From: a virus | Length of the DNA stretch: 64,000 nucleotides | Direction: 5' to 3' (one strand) | IMG/VR virus record: IMGVR_UViG_3300023184_003735 | Location: 1 to 64,000 of that record | Shown here: positions 40,601-47,350 of the stretch, piece after piece | Layout: every line of letters starts with the position of its first letter | Numbering within the stretch: position 1 is the first letter of the stretch | Position numbers and translations under genes: made by a program | The notes under the pieces: model-generated | Databases searched by the model: none | The model's input: the letters and a program-made list of their open reading frames with translations, nothing else | Told to the model about the DNA's origin: nothing

Positions 40601-43201
40601 GTACAGGTCTACGGTGATTACTTCCTGAGAAATCCACTATCCATAGATGCCAACTATTCTAGTGAATTTACAGATGTCACACTAGGTGATCTGCCCACTG
40701 ATATCAATGTTGATGGCGGTGAATTTATCGGCTTGTACGAAGGTCATGCTCCAGAAGAATTAATCAACGGTGCAGAATTTGACACTCTTGACTTCCGTGT
40801 TTACACACGTCCGGGTGCAGATTGGAACAGAGATGGACATGGATTCCAATGGAGCAGTGCTCGTTATACATATGATCCTGTGATCGAAACAGCATACAGT
40901 TGGGCTGGAATAACAAACCATCCAGTACAAGTATTGGTTAGCAACATCACTACTGGCACTGACCTTGCACTTGATGTTGATTACACCGTTGACTGGGTTA
41001 ATCAAACAGTTTCTTTGCTGACAGCAACATCAGGCAATCAATTCCAAATTAATGTGTTTGAACTAGGTGGCGGCAGTCAATTGTACCGTGCCAATTACAT
41101 TGGCGGAGATATTGGTGAGACTGTGGTGGTTCCAGTTGGATCAACAGAAATTACCAGCATTGCTGTGTTTGTAAATGGCGCCAATGTTGATAGCGTGACC
41201 TGGACCCCATATGTCGACAGCGTCAATTGGAATATACTAGATACCTACAGCAAGTTAGATATTGTCAATAACGCAGGCAATTACTACAGAGCATTACAAG
41301 ATGTACCAGTTGGCACAAGCATTGCCAACGTATTGTATTGGTTTGAATTTGTCCCAACTGCTGAAAGTTTGGTGGATTTTGGTACTGACTACGGTGCCAC
41401 AGACGGCATTGCCATGGTAGTATTTGGAACAACCACCATAGACGCCGGTTATTTTGTAATTGGTAAATCATACACAATTACCACAGTTGGTACAACCAAT
41501 TGGACTGCTATAGGTGCCGCATCTAATACACCGGGTGTTAGTTTTACAGCCACCGGAATTGGCTCGGGCACTGGTCAAGCAAGTACTGCTTACAGTTGGA
41601 GTACTCCGCAGGTGCAATATCAAGTGGCTGATAATAATCTTGTGACTAACAAGATTGTCTATTTGACCAATAGTGTTCAAGGCACCAATCCAGTCAACGC
41701 AGTAGTCACCCTTGATGGATTCAGATTACAACCTCCTGCGGGAATTGAATGGATTGGCGATGACTCCAGTGTAAGTTTTGGGCTACCACAACGCCTGGGA
41801 GCGACGTTCGTACAATCTTCAATCAATGCACCCACCGATATTAGTGTATGGATTGACAACATTCTGCAGATACAAAGTGTTGGCCCAGTTACAGGTAATT
41901 ATAGCGTGACTGCGTGGACCGGTAGCAACACTCCGGGACGTCAAGTGGTGTTTACAACCCCACCACCAAGCGGCGCAAGAATTTTAATTACTGTAAGTAC
42001 TTTGGCCGATTATGCAATCGTCGCCAACCAGTTACAAATCTCAGCGTCAATATCATTAGGACAAACAGTTGCAGTAACCACATGGAATGATACTGCACAG
42101 TTATGGCCGTTGACCTTGGTATTCAAAGGCCCAGTCATAGACAGCATAACAGTCTCAGAAGGCTACGACGAAACCAACTATAGTCCAGATACAATAAATA
42201 ACGCTCCTGGGTCGTTTGACTATTCTGCAGGAAACACAATATACAAAAACAATTTCTATCTAGAAAGAAGTTTGAATAATGCCAGCAGACTTTGGGTAAC
42301 ACTGAATACAGGATCGGGTGGAAAAAGACTATTTGAAGGTATAGATTATACTGTGAGTGGTGATTACTTGATATTGGCCAGCGGCGTAATTGGTGTCAGC
42401 GATGTCTTGGTGGTTGAAGCATTTACCAATAGCATTGTGCCCGAAGCAATGGCCTTCCGCATATTCCAAGACATGCGTGGAGTACAGGCCACCTATAGAA
42501 TTACAGAAGCCACAACCACAACACTGGCACAAGATTTATCAAGCACAGCCGACATTGCTTATGTTACCAATATACAAGCATTGAGCGAGCCGGATCTAGC
42601 AACCGGTATTTTTGGTGTAATCACAATCGATGGTGAACGTATCATGTATCGTGAACGCGATATTATATCTAGTAGCATTTTGGGACTCATGCGCGGCACA
42701 GCAGGTACAGGTGCCTCAGATCATACTACTGGCACCGATGTATATGACATGGGTCGCGGCAACTTATTGCCTGAACAGTTCCAGAACTACATTGTGAGCG
42801 ACTCGACTCTTGGAGATGATAGCACAACGGTGTTCTACGCACCCAGTATCAACGTTGCTAATTTTGAAGATTCTGCAGTTGAAGTAAATGCAATTGAAGT
42901 TTACGTAGGCGGAATACGCCAATACGCTGAAAGTAATGACGGTTCAACACTGATTACAACGCCAAGCCAATACAGATGGAATTGCACCAATGGGGGCGGG
43001 GACAATACTCCACTTACAATTGAGTTTGTTGTAGACTACAACGTTTCCCCACCATTACTACCGCCAGCGTCAGGAGTAGAAGTTACAATCCTGGTGCGAC
43101 AGGGAGTGACTTGGTATGCACCCGGAGACGGTACTGCAAGTGATGGAATCGCACTACAAGATACCGAAACGCAAGCCGCAAGGTTCTTGCGTGGGTCATA
43201 A
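28658..43201 (+). CDS. Giant virion/baseplate structural protein (4,847 aa) with FG-GAP-like propeller repeats
   Basis: Uninterrupted 14.5 kb ORF after gp6 (TGATG overlap); beta-rich; FG.SV...GAP/G.VY.F repeats; VKPYH motif recalls gp7-like wedge proteins. Confidence 0.8.
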   Translation: MANTRSVDFLPEIFQTDANKQFLAATLDQLIQEPNFRKTQGFIGRTVGPGVNPNDKYVIEPTSTRANYQLEPGVISLVPDTDTIKNAITYPGLNDAVDLQGGDGGRPDRLYSSEYYTWDPFIDFDTFINFSQYYWVPGGPDAVDVASTGIATTDNFIVTTNNNAYNFSGVNGSDPVIELVRGGSYTFQVTDEFWIQSAPGISGQIPATPNISSRDVYGVSNNGETSGTVIFNAPLKDAQSFYYNLTSIGTIDLVTELAYDDINGQPLLDFIVATGGIDGTTNLNNRTLVFIDNPDLTQKYQITYTTVDDVIYLQVSLLATINSLEKWMTSYGTVYSNTQWYKDPAGVIRSIPLLSAVQDTLYYQSGTNSEIFGRILLVEPGNSSILDVDTIIGRETYTSPNGVTFTNGLKVRFTGDVIPARYKSGTSSFQCTATEAGTNYITYYDAVQLYVGQAVVFLTPTLGGLEAGTTYYVRSIAANGIKFTVSTVPNGTSVILQNGTGTMNSIAISNHEYYVSGVGSAIELLPVEDFVIPETYVTDYNDSTIAIEPTDLDYLTISRASKDLNAWTRSNRWFHVSVLNATAEYNNTSIVLDNNFRAKRPIIQFRPGTRLWNMGTRGKTPVDIIDFSETDALSNVEGSTGYTTDGYTLVEGSRVIFAADIDLDVRDKIYVVSFATPDTVPDPDLIPQPIIVLTEAIDGAVQLDECTVCVYGNTYAGKTFWFDGTAWIEAQQKTAVQQAPLFNVYDVDGVSFGNRVKYQSSDFTGSKLFSYAVGDTTILDPVLQFPLQYLNINNVGDIVFDNNLYVDTFTYTIDNVSTVTPISSGAAREYATRTEYNKLIGWQTAIVEQQIYQQFKFTYTTQTLKLDIAVTPQTSIMLPVIKIYVGSVFIEPSMYTYTVGTDSTIIALTDTYLPTDVIEVLALSEQTSNVGFYQVPNNLQSNPLNANSPAFTLGTIRTHYESICENLLSLTGPINGANNSRDLGNIIPYGLEILQQSSPLTLAGYFMRSPSYNIFASLQYNSREYIKFKAQMLDAVLTQNNIAFKTTATILDQAIADITLGKLDTQPFYWSDMIPQGITSYSNTYTVGLTTTSTFDTVQVYNYTSANYLGLCVYLNNVILTRDRDYVVATNGPRLTIGVALAVGDTVTINEYSTTYGSFVPNTPSKMGLYPKWEPEITTLVTSNGTGEFIIGHDGSETPVFGDIRDQVLLEFETRIYSNIKQDGNPVPLTIENVLPGQFRSTEYSFEEINNIFGTDLLSYCGWNKLDYKSQTFTATNEFTWNYSNTTNKLNNENLLGAWRGIYRYFYDTQQPSYTPWEMLGLTTEPVWWESRYGPAPYTADNLVLWDDLAAGLVADPAAPYYKPKYARPGLTSVIPTGTEGELLSPQDSVVGGVPLNQNIVSRYQKSWAIGDGGPVEASWWNSSGYPFSVMHVLAVTRPAKFFSLFADRDLYKFDTDYNQYLYNGRYRLDANGIEVYGNDVSKASYINWIVDYNRQTGINSTDLLTADLKALDVRLCYRMASYSDKQYIKLITEKSSPNSTNTTLTIPDESYNILLYKNQPFDQIRYSSVAVQKVDGGYAVFGYGTTQSYFEILQSQSVGKLQEYSAGGITVRVPTFYSDNVTQVPYGFVFVNETAVSDFLLSYGKLLEKQGLTFTDRVNGYTLDWSRMVTEFLYWSQQGWNTNAIINLNPLAGGLTVTRPGAVVDSIVTETSENLLLDQNSNEIPTRSLNVVRLGNTFTIQPLTTQSISYINLRFTNYEHMIVLDNQSVFGDLIYNPVTGARQSRLNLVAVTTSDWNGSVDTPGFILNQDNVQEWTGLKTYSKGEIVKYKNVYWSALTIVQPSIKFDFNVWAQSDYTQLELGLLPNLANKADQLANSYNINAANIETDNDLLSYGLIGFKPRQYLAALNLDDVSQVNVYRQFLGTKGTILAAELFKAANLGKEAADYTIYENWAVQRAVYGANANRSFFELRLNRALLDSNPSLVQVVVPQQSSEADQTIFLTDVWRSSYKLTSTAILPTTTELPTDVGLPSAGYVSLNDTDITVFDITNTASLAANIDSIEVGTSIWVAKINDYDWGIYRAQAVPGQIQHVCDNLNGTSRVIFNDQHGLAVGDKLIIKFFDSEINGVYQVLSVPSLDTVNIAFAFTSNRSVANGTGIGFTLQTMRVAQASDVDNLPYALNILPGAKVWVDDNGEGLWEVLQKNNVFSSIIALSPVLLDASEQYGASVTQARNKIAALVGSPRYGFNSGVAKGAVYVYVKSYSDQYTPVSPLGTGDAILTLDVAGVRGYGNAVDFGNQSWAVAGASASLGPGSEPDNGYACVIYRDPVLGVPGSIPYGQWQLLTQPGTTTSTTPGAGEFGYSVAMSLDERWMYIGAPGLNSVHAYGYVDWQDQFVKVLADGTTKSFAINNAIQINNKYQLKVTLNGQVQTVDVDYTIDNNFNLVTLTNNPGVATAGSFVSGQTYTILSVGTTNFVAIGASSNTVGVEFIATGAGSGTGTALAPTQIEFARYNSFQIPYTATTYNLDDAVNADGRRVGLFTATNIYSFSIKVNEDLLRPNIDYTFAGTTVTFTGSYVAADIIVVNAKGYFEYVDTIDSSMVTGGLTAGDRFGQAVSCTTDGRQVLIGTPYKSIVNAISSASASGVAVAGTASYSNLYQYSTSGSGYGAIFNVTRTNQTYSISLIEGGQDYNINDTITILGTLLGGTTGNNLTITVGTVKTFTEAGSVYVFDRNVQKFIYGTDPSSVSFTVLGGAPTAPVSVIVNNQFYINQTNSVINNPDSFTVSGDVVTILGDLQIGDVIEIETNQFQQVQEVDQHVIAEFSNFGQSVDICANNCSLYVGEPQSSQQIFKGGVVERFVNQSRIYGTITATVANPTLTAGNTIRINNIDVEVPVTYVNAAGQTVAGNNVNGLAWAINNTVPNVLATVSTTGYLTISVKNSAAAAPFNKVQVAPGSVGTTFADLGFETFAWTQTITSPYPVQYAGFGSAISINDSAVNLVVGAPQGTIYLETVFDDGTTIFDAGSTVFFSVIVQSGAIYTFDYLPSNTLTITNPGKFVFGQQVNNSQIGPYDTFGAAVNYTSGVLMIGAPKNDVGDSDANFGAVFVFENPSDAPAWSVAQIQQPTVDIRLLNSVFLYDRITSARTEFLDFINPLQGKILGAARANIDYIGSIDPAAYNTGPVNIQGTTWFADHVGEIWWDISTVRFIDPNQDSIVYASRRWAQIFPGSEIDVYQWIQSTTPPASYTGEGIPLNSASYTVNTNLSQDGTFATYYYFWVRGITVTATQLGKTLPAITVASYIADAKASGIAYLAPINASTIALYNSADYISASDTVISIEYDREYTNDNVHVEYELIPQDRADGFLSDGLYRKLQDSFCGVDTFGNKVPDPNLGPAERYGVQFRPRQSMFVDRFAALKNYLKRANVVLAQYPISESRSFNLLNSSEPIPPQTEIVNNVTVTNWNLQVANLEVLGFQTPFWSNISGSIPLGYKYLVTTDSSQRGLWTIYTVQESDTQANTRVLKLTRVQGYNTPDYWSYINWYRPGYNSSTKIVVEVSTYSALATLTVPVGSSVKVTANAQGKFEIYLKTNLGWERVALQDGTIEFSAELWDYAVGRFGFDVEVYDAQYFDQEPVTETRKIIQAINEELLIDDLAIQRNKALVLMFNFVLSEFSAPEWLVKTSLIDVDHNIRQLIPYQNYTIDNQEFVSDYIQEVKPYHVSIREFNLKYTGFDEFFGDLTDFDVPAYYNTSLEIPKFTSPILLPYDHGTAFNSGTNTQSDLPATSPVWSTWPYNQWYSNYLLVLDSVEIIDGGSAYTEPPVVIITGDALIPAEATAVISSLGRVVAVNVTSSGSGYNQTPTITFDGGNGVAARAYARMTNNLVRSFRTVIKYDRFQYFSDVLTWSPNGVYYSDMLVRYDNRVWIATPADSSGAPIVGPTFNLEDWTVVPAKDLTGVNRTMGYYVPGVNQPGLELPLLIDGVDYPGVQVYGDYFLRNPLSIDANYSSEFTDVTLGDLPTDINVDGGEFIGLYEGHAPEELINGAEFDTLDFRVYTRPGADWNRDGHGFQWSSARYTYDPVIETAYSWAGITNHPVQVLVSNITTGTDLALDVDYTVDWVNQTVSLLTATSGNQFQINVFELGGGSQLYRANYIGGDIGETVVVPVGSTEITSIAVFVNGANVDSVTWTPYVDSVNWNILDTYSKLDIVNNAGNYYRALQDVPVGTSIANVLYWFEFVPTAESLVDFGTDYGATDGIAMVVFGTTTIDAGYFVIGKSYTITTVGTTNWTAIGAASNTPGVSFTATGIGSGTGQASTAYSWSTPQVQYQVADNNLVTNKIVYLTNSVQGTNPVNAVVTLDGFRLQPPAGIEWIGDDSSVSFGLPQRLGATFVQSSINAPTDISVWIDNILQIQSVGPVTGNYSVTAWTGSNTPGRQVVFTTPPPSGARILITVSTLADYAIVANQLQISASISLGQTVAVTTWNDTAQLWPLTLVFKGPVIDSITVSEGYDETNYSPDTINNAPGSFDYSAGNTIYKNNFYLERSLNNASRLWVTLNTGSGGKRLFEGIDYTVSGDYLILASGVIGVSDVLVVEAFTNSIVPEAMAFRIFQDMRGVQATYRITEATTTTLAQDLSSTADIAYVTNIQALSEPDLATGIFGVITIDGERIMYRERDIISSSILGLMRGTAGTGASDHTTGTDVYDMGRGNLLPEQFQNYIVSDSTLGDDSTTVFYAPSINVANFEDSAVEVNAIEVYVGGIRQYAESNDGSTLITTPSQYRWNCTNGGGDNTPLTIEFVVDYNVSPPLLPPASGVEVTILVRQGVTWYAPGDGTASDGIALQDTETQAARFLRGS

Positions 43202-43205
43202 ACAA

Positions 43206-43213
43206 GGTAAATA
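43206..43213 (+). promoter_or_regulatory. Late-promoter-like GGTAAATA
   Basis: 7 nt upstream of the ATG at 43221. Confidence 0.5.
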
Positions 43214-43220
43214 AAAGACC

Positions 43221-43370
43221 ATGTCAAATACACAGCAAAATTACACAGTTGAGCCCAAAAAAGAGCAAAAGCCCAGCAAACCCAACGAGACCGGCACCGT
43301 TAATGTGCAAGGGCATTTTAGAGTGTTTGATCCAAAAACACAAAAGACCTATGTGGAGGGACGAGCATGA
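43221..43370 (+). CDS. 49-aa small protein missed by the ORF track
   Basis: MSNTQQNYTVEPKKEQKPSKPNETGTVNVQGHFRVFDPKTQKTYVEGRA; fills the gap, follows a late box and overlaps the next gene by ATGA. Confidence 0.75.
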   Translation: MSNTQQNYTVEPKKEQKPSKPNETGTVNVQGHFRVFDPKTQKTYVEGRA

Positions 43371-43972
43371 TAACCCCGGGACTGGCAAAAATTACTGGGC
43401 ATGTCAAAATTCATGATCCCGCAAATGGCGAAATATTCTACAACGATCACAATGCTATTCATTACGAAAACATCAGTGTTGCAATGGCTCAAAGCCTAGC
43501 AGATCGTAACTTGGGTTACATTTATCAAATGGCATTTGGCAATGGCGGTAGTAGTGTAGACCCCACAGGCGTTATCACATATTTGCCCCCAAATACCACA
43601 GGACAAAGTGCATCACTTTATAATCAAACCTATCAAAAAGTAGTTGACGATAATTCAGCCGCTGATACAGATCCAGAAAATAACAAAATGACTGTGTTGC
43701 ACACAGCAGGAAACACCTACACTGATATTTTGGTAACTTGTTTGTTAGACTACGGTGAGCCACCTCAACAGCAGGCATTTGATAACTCAACCAATTTTAA
43801 CGGTGAGTTTGTGTTTGATGAACTGGGTCTTAAAACATGGAATGGCTCTGTTACTGACCTACGCTTGATTACTCACGTGATTTTTCACCCAGTTCAAAAG
43901 AGTTTGAATCGTCAAATTCAGATCGATTATACACTTCGCATACAGACTTTAAGCAACATAAATGCTGTATAA
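43367..43972 (+). CDS. Baseplate/tail-fibre attachment structural protein
   Basis: 201 aa; MAFGNGG...FDELGL...L.THVIF.PV.KS.NR...IDY.LRI pattern; GGAGG RBS. Confidence 0.65.
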   Translation: MITPGLAKITGHVKIHDPANGEIFYNDHNAIHYENISVAMAQSLADRNLGYIYQMAFGNGGSSVDPTGVITYLPPNTTGQSASLYNQTYQKVVDDNSAADTDPENNKMTVLHTAGNTYTDILVTCLLDYGEPPQQQAFDNSTNFNGEFVFDELGLKTWNGSVTDLRLITHVIFHPVQKSLNRQIQIDYTLRIQTLSNINAV

Positions 43973-43975
43973 ATA
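43968..43975 (+). promoter_or_regulatory. T4-type late promoter TATAAATA
   Basis: Perfect consensus 18 nt upstream of the tail-fibre ATG. Confidence 0.8.
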
Positions 43976-43993
43976 TAAGAACAGAGAATAAAC

Positions 43994-45985
43994 ATGGCAT
44001 ATACAATTAATCTTACAGACGGCAATGTTTTCGCTACCATAACAGACGGCACCTACAATCAAAGCAGTAGCGTGACCTTGGTAGGTAAAAACTATGCTGG
44101 ATACGGTGAATTTTTAGATGAAAACTTTATCCAAATGCTGGAGAATTTTTCAAATACCACAGCCCCGGTCGCTCCACTAACTGGCCAACTTTGGTGGGAC
44201 AAGACCAATAGTTTACTCAAAGTTTACAACGGTACAACTTTTAAAACATTAAGTTTCTCAACAGCAAGTTCCTCGCAACCCACTTCGAACGTGGTTGGTG
44301 ATTTGTGGTATGATACTACCAACCAGCAGGTCAAAGTGTGTACAGCAGGCGGGACGCCAGGTACTTTTATTGTAGTAGGCCCAGCCTACTCCAGCAGTCA
44401 AGGCACCACAGGTGCCATCCCCGAAACAATCTATGATACATCCGGGTTCCCTCACTATGTTACCACTCTTTATTCAAACAGCGTAAGAGTTGCTATTTTC
44501 AACAGTGATGTTGACTTTACTGCGGCTGCACCAGTTTCAACTCTATTCCCCACAGTTTACAAAGGTGTGACATTTAGTAATTCTACTGGTACCAACATGG
44601 CCGGTAATCTTGTGAGTTCTGCCAATTTGGTTGTGACCACAGGCGGCACAACCAGAGCCATTTTTACCACCACTGGCGCCAACATCAGTGGTTACGGTAA
44701 CGTAACTGGCAATATCACTGGTGGCAATATTCTAACAGCCGGCGCGGTATCAGCCGCTGGTAACGTCACAGGTGCTAACTTTATTGGTAACGTGATTCCT
44801 CCAGCAGGCGGTGCAGTAAGCACAACTGGTAATATCACCGGTGGTAATATATTAACTGGCGGAATAATTTCAGCAACTGGTAACATAACTGGTAACTTTA
44901 TCAACGGTAATGGTTACTTCTTGACCGGTATTATTACATCAGTTGCTAATATTAACAATGGCACAAGTAACGTAAACATTGCCGCAGCCAATGCCAACAT
45001 AACTGCAAGTGTTAACGGCACACCAAACGTGGTAATAATTACTTCAACCGGTGCCAACGTTGCTGGATATGCCAATATTACTGGCAATGTCTCAGCCAAC
45101 TATTATTATGGTAACGGTTCCACACTGAGTGGTATCAGTGCCGCAGCCAGCGCGGCGCAAATTGAAAGCGGAACATCAAACGTAAAATTTGCCAGTGCAG
45201 GTGGTAGTGCCACAGTCAACATCGGTGGCACCTCTAATGTGGTTGTGATTGATACTACCACAGTATATGCCAACGTGGCCAACGTACAAAGCATTGCCAA
45301 AGGTGGCACTAATGCTGTGGGCAATATTGGTAGCCCAACTGGTTATTTCAACAACATATATGCCGCTACTTACACAGGAACAACAGCCAACATAAGTGCC
45401 AACATCACGGGTGGTAACATTTTAACAGGTGGATTGATCTCAGCAACCGGTAACATCACAGGCGGTAACTTGACTGTGTCAACTGGAAACGTTGGTGCAG
45501 GTAACATCAACAACAACAACTCAAACGGAGTTGGCAACATTGGCTCAGCAAGCACCTATTTTAACAGATTATTTGCTACTGCTACCACAGCACTTTATGC
45601 TGACGTTGCAGAACGTTTTGCCGCAGATGAAGTGCTGGAAGCAGGTACTGTGGTTGAACTGGGCGGATCAGCAGAAATCACCCGATCCCTCACAGAATTA
45701 AGCGAAAATGTGTTTGGCGTGATAAGTACTAGAGCGGCATACTTGATGAATGGCGGCGCTGGCGAAAACGACACACATCCTCCAGTTGCAATGACCGGAC
45801 GTGTCCCAGTCAAAGTAACAGGTGTAGTACACAAAGGCGACAGATTGGTTTCAGCAGGAGCAGGCATTGCCAGAGCGGCACAGCCCGGAGAAGCCACATC
45901 ATTTAACGTGATTGGGCGAAGCCTGGTTGACAAACTGACCCCAGAATCAGGTACAATTGAAGCAATTGTGACCATCAAGAATTAA
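43994..45985 (+). CDS. Tail fibre protein with GNITGGN repeats and a C-terminal chaperone-like domain
   Basis: 663 aa; N-terminal LVGKNYAGYGE..ENF...P..GQLWWD anchor; many GN(I/V)TG(G)N repeats; C-terminal ADVAERF...GVIS...VAMTGRVPVKV.G...KGD.LV. Confidence 0.85.
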   Translation: MAYTINLTDGNVFATITDGTYNQSSSVTLVGKNYAGYGEFLDENFIQMLENFSNTTAPVAPLTGQLWWDKTNSLLKVYNGTTFKTLSFSTASSSQPTSNVVGDLWYDTTNQQVKVCTAGGTPGTFIVVGPAYSSSQGTTGAIPETIYDTSGFPHYVTTLYSNSVRVAIFNSDVDFTAAAPVSTLFPTVYKGVTFSNSTGTNMAGNLVSSANLVVTTGGTTRAIFTTTGANISGYGNVTGNITGGNILTAGAVSAAGNVTGANFIGNVIPPAGGAVSTTGNITGGNILTGGIISATGNITGNFINGNGYFLTGIITSVANINNGTSNVNIAAANANITASVNGTPNVVIITSTGANVAGYANITGNVSANYYYGNGSTLSGISAAASAAQIESGTSNVKFASAGGSATVNIGGTSNVVVIDTTTVYANVANVQSIAKGGTNAVGNIGSPTGYFNNIYAATYTGTTANISANITGGNILTGGLISATGNITGGNLTVSTGNVGAGNINNNNSNGVGNIGSASTYFNRLFATATTALYADVAERFAADEVLEAGTVVELGGSAEITRSLTELSENVFGVISTRAAYLMNGGAGENDTHPPVAMTGRVPVKVTGVVHKGDRLVSAGAGIARAAQPGEATSFNVIGRSLVDKLTPESGTIEAIVTIKN

Positions 45986-45998
45986 TTAGGAAAAGAAA

Positions 45999-46982
45999 AT
46001 GACATATTCAAGCGGCGGATTAATACAAGCAACAGACTACAATACGTTTACCACCACTGCAGGTGGATTGAACGATATCTGGGCCACAGGATCAGGCGAC
46101 AAAGGTTGGGGCCAAACTGCTTTTACCGCAGCCAACACCGCTGATACCGTTACAGCCACACAATGGGCACAGTTGGTCAACAACTTGGCCACATCAGGCA
46201 GTCAAACCAATACCACACTCACATCAAGATCAGCACCCACAGCAGGTACCACAATTGGTATTTTGGCCAATGTGAGTGCCGACATTACTTCAGTAACTAC
46301 CAACCGTAACAATGCCGCGGCAGTGGGCACAGAATACGGAACATTTACTGGCACCGTTTCTAAAACCACTGCCACCGGTGCAGGCACCACAGCATGGTCT
46401 TTTACTTGGATACAGACCCTTGCATTTCCCAGTGCCAACCAGGCACGTTATTTCTGGAATGCCGGTGGTCGTGTTAGACTGCAAATGAGTAAAACATCAA
46501 CTGGCACTGACATTGACCCAGATTGGAATGCTTTTGTTGCCAAAGTTGGATCAATTTATATTACTGGAGCGGCGGCCAGCAAAACCATTGCCGGCACTGC
46601 TTACACAGGCACAACCAGAATTGGTGGCACAGGCGGTACACAAACTACCTTGGCCACAGCCACAGGATATTATGCGTTGACATCAACCCCAGTGACCATA
46701 TTCCTGTTGGCCAATGACACTGCTCCGTACACTGGTGAAACAATTACAGTCACTGCGGCAGCGGGTAGTGCAACCGATTTGACACTTAATATCACCTGGA
46801 GTCAACCAGCAGTTTCGGGTGCAGGACAAACAAACAACATTTCAGGTGGCACTGCAACCACAAGCCCCTCAACCACAATTACAGGCACAGCACCTACAGT
46901 GTTGTGTACCTATATTCCACCATCGACAACATACTTGAGTAACACCTGGGGCACACCAACTATCGGCTCCACCGGTCCTTAA
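45999..46982 (+). CDS. Thr/Gly-rich virion structural protein (fibre-associated)
   Basis: 327 aa; MTY..G.LI.A.DYN...G.GQ...W and F.S...ARYFWNAGG motifs; AGGA RBS. Confidence 0.7.
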   Translation: MTYSSGGLIQATDYNTFTTTAGGLNDIWATGSGDKGWGQTAFTAANTADTVTATQWAQLVNNLATSGSQTNTTLTSRSAPTAGTTIGILANVSADITSVTTNRNNAAAVGTEYGTFTGTVSKTTATGAGTTAWSFTWIQTLAFPSANQARYFWNAGGRVRLQMSKTSTGTDIDPDWNAFVAKVGSIYITGAAASKTIAGTAYTGTTRIGGTGGTQTTLATATGYYALTSTPVTIFLLANDTAPYTGETITVTAAAGSATDLTLNITWSQPAVSGAGQTNNISGGTATTSPSTTITGTAPTVLCTYIPPSTTYLSNTWGTPTIGSTGP

Positions 46983-47000
46983 AATTACATTTGGGTATTC

Positions 47001-47025
47001 AAGAGGTAGACTTCTACCTCTTTTT
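47001..47025 (+). terminator. Intrinsic terminator ending the tail operon
   Basis: AAGAGGTAG-ACTT-CTACCTCTT stem-loop running into a T tract. Confidence 0.75.
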
Positions 47026-47035
47026 CTTGTATAAT
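47007..47035 (+). promoter_or_regulatory. Sigma70-type promoter for the accessory enzyme island
   Basis: TAGACT (47007-47012), 17 nt, TATAAT (47030-47035); ATG follows at 47042. Confidence 0.6.
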
Positions 47036-47041
47036 CTATCT

Positions 47042-47350
47042 ATGGAAACTGAAAAACTTGTGGCCCATGCACGGGCTCGATTCGATCATGCGGCCGCAAG
47101 GCGCACCCTAAAAGAAAAGTACGAAGCCCGAATGTTGTTTGCTCACGCAGACGGCATGTGGCGAGCTGGGCCAGAACTGCAATGTGTGTTGTTGGCCTGT
47201 GCTCAAGACACGGATGTTGTGTTGTTAGACCTGTACGAAACTCCTGTGCGAGTAAACGTGCCTGAACTGTTTGCAAAGTCGCATGAACGCTGGCAAGAAC
47301 AAATGAATGCCTGGCGTGTGGAACACGAAAACCTCAACCGTAACCGATGA
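47042..47350 (+). CDS. Hypothetical protein (102 aa)
   Basis: ATG at 47042 after the promoter; ATGA coupling to the next gene. Confidence 0.7.
   Translation: METEKLVAHARARFDHAAARRTLKEKYEARMLFAHADGMWRAGPELQCVLLACAQDTDVVLLDLYETPVRVNVPELFAKSHERWQEQMNAWRVEHENLNRNR

Noticed and set aside
44690-45545. GNITGGN repeats as a diversity-generating retroelement TR/VR pair
   Set aside because: These are degenerate in-frame structural repeats with no adenine-specific variation, and no reverse transcriptase is present in the window.
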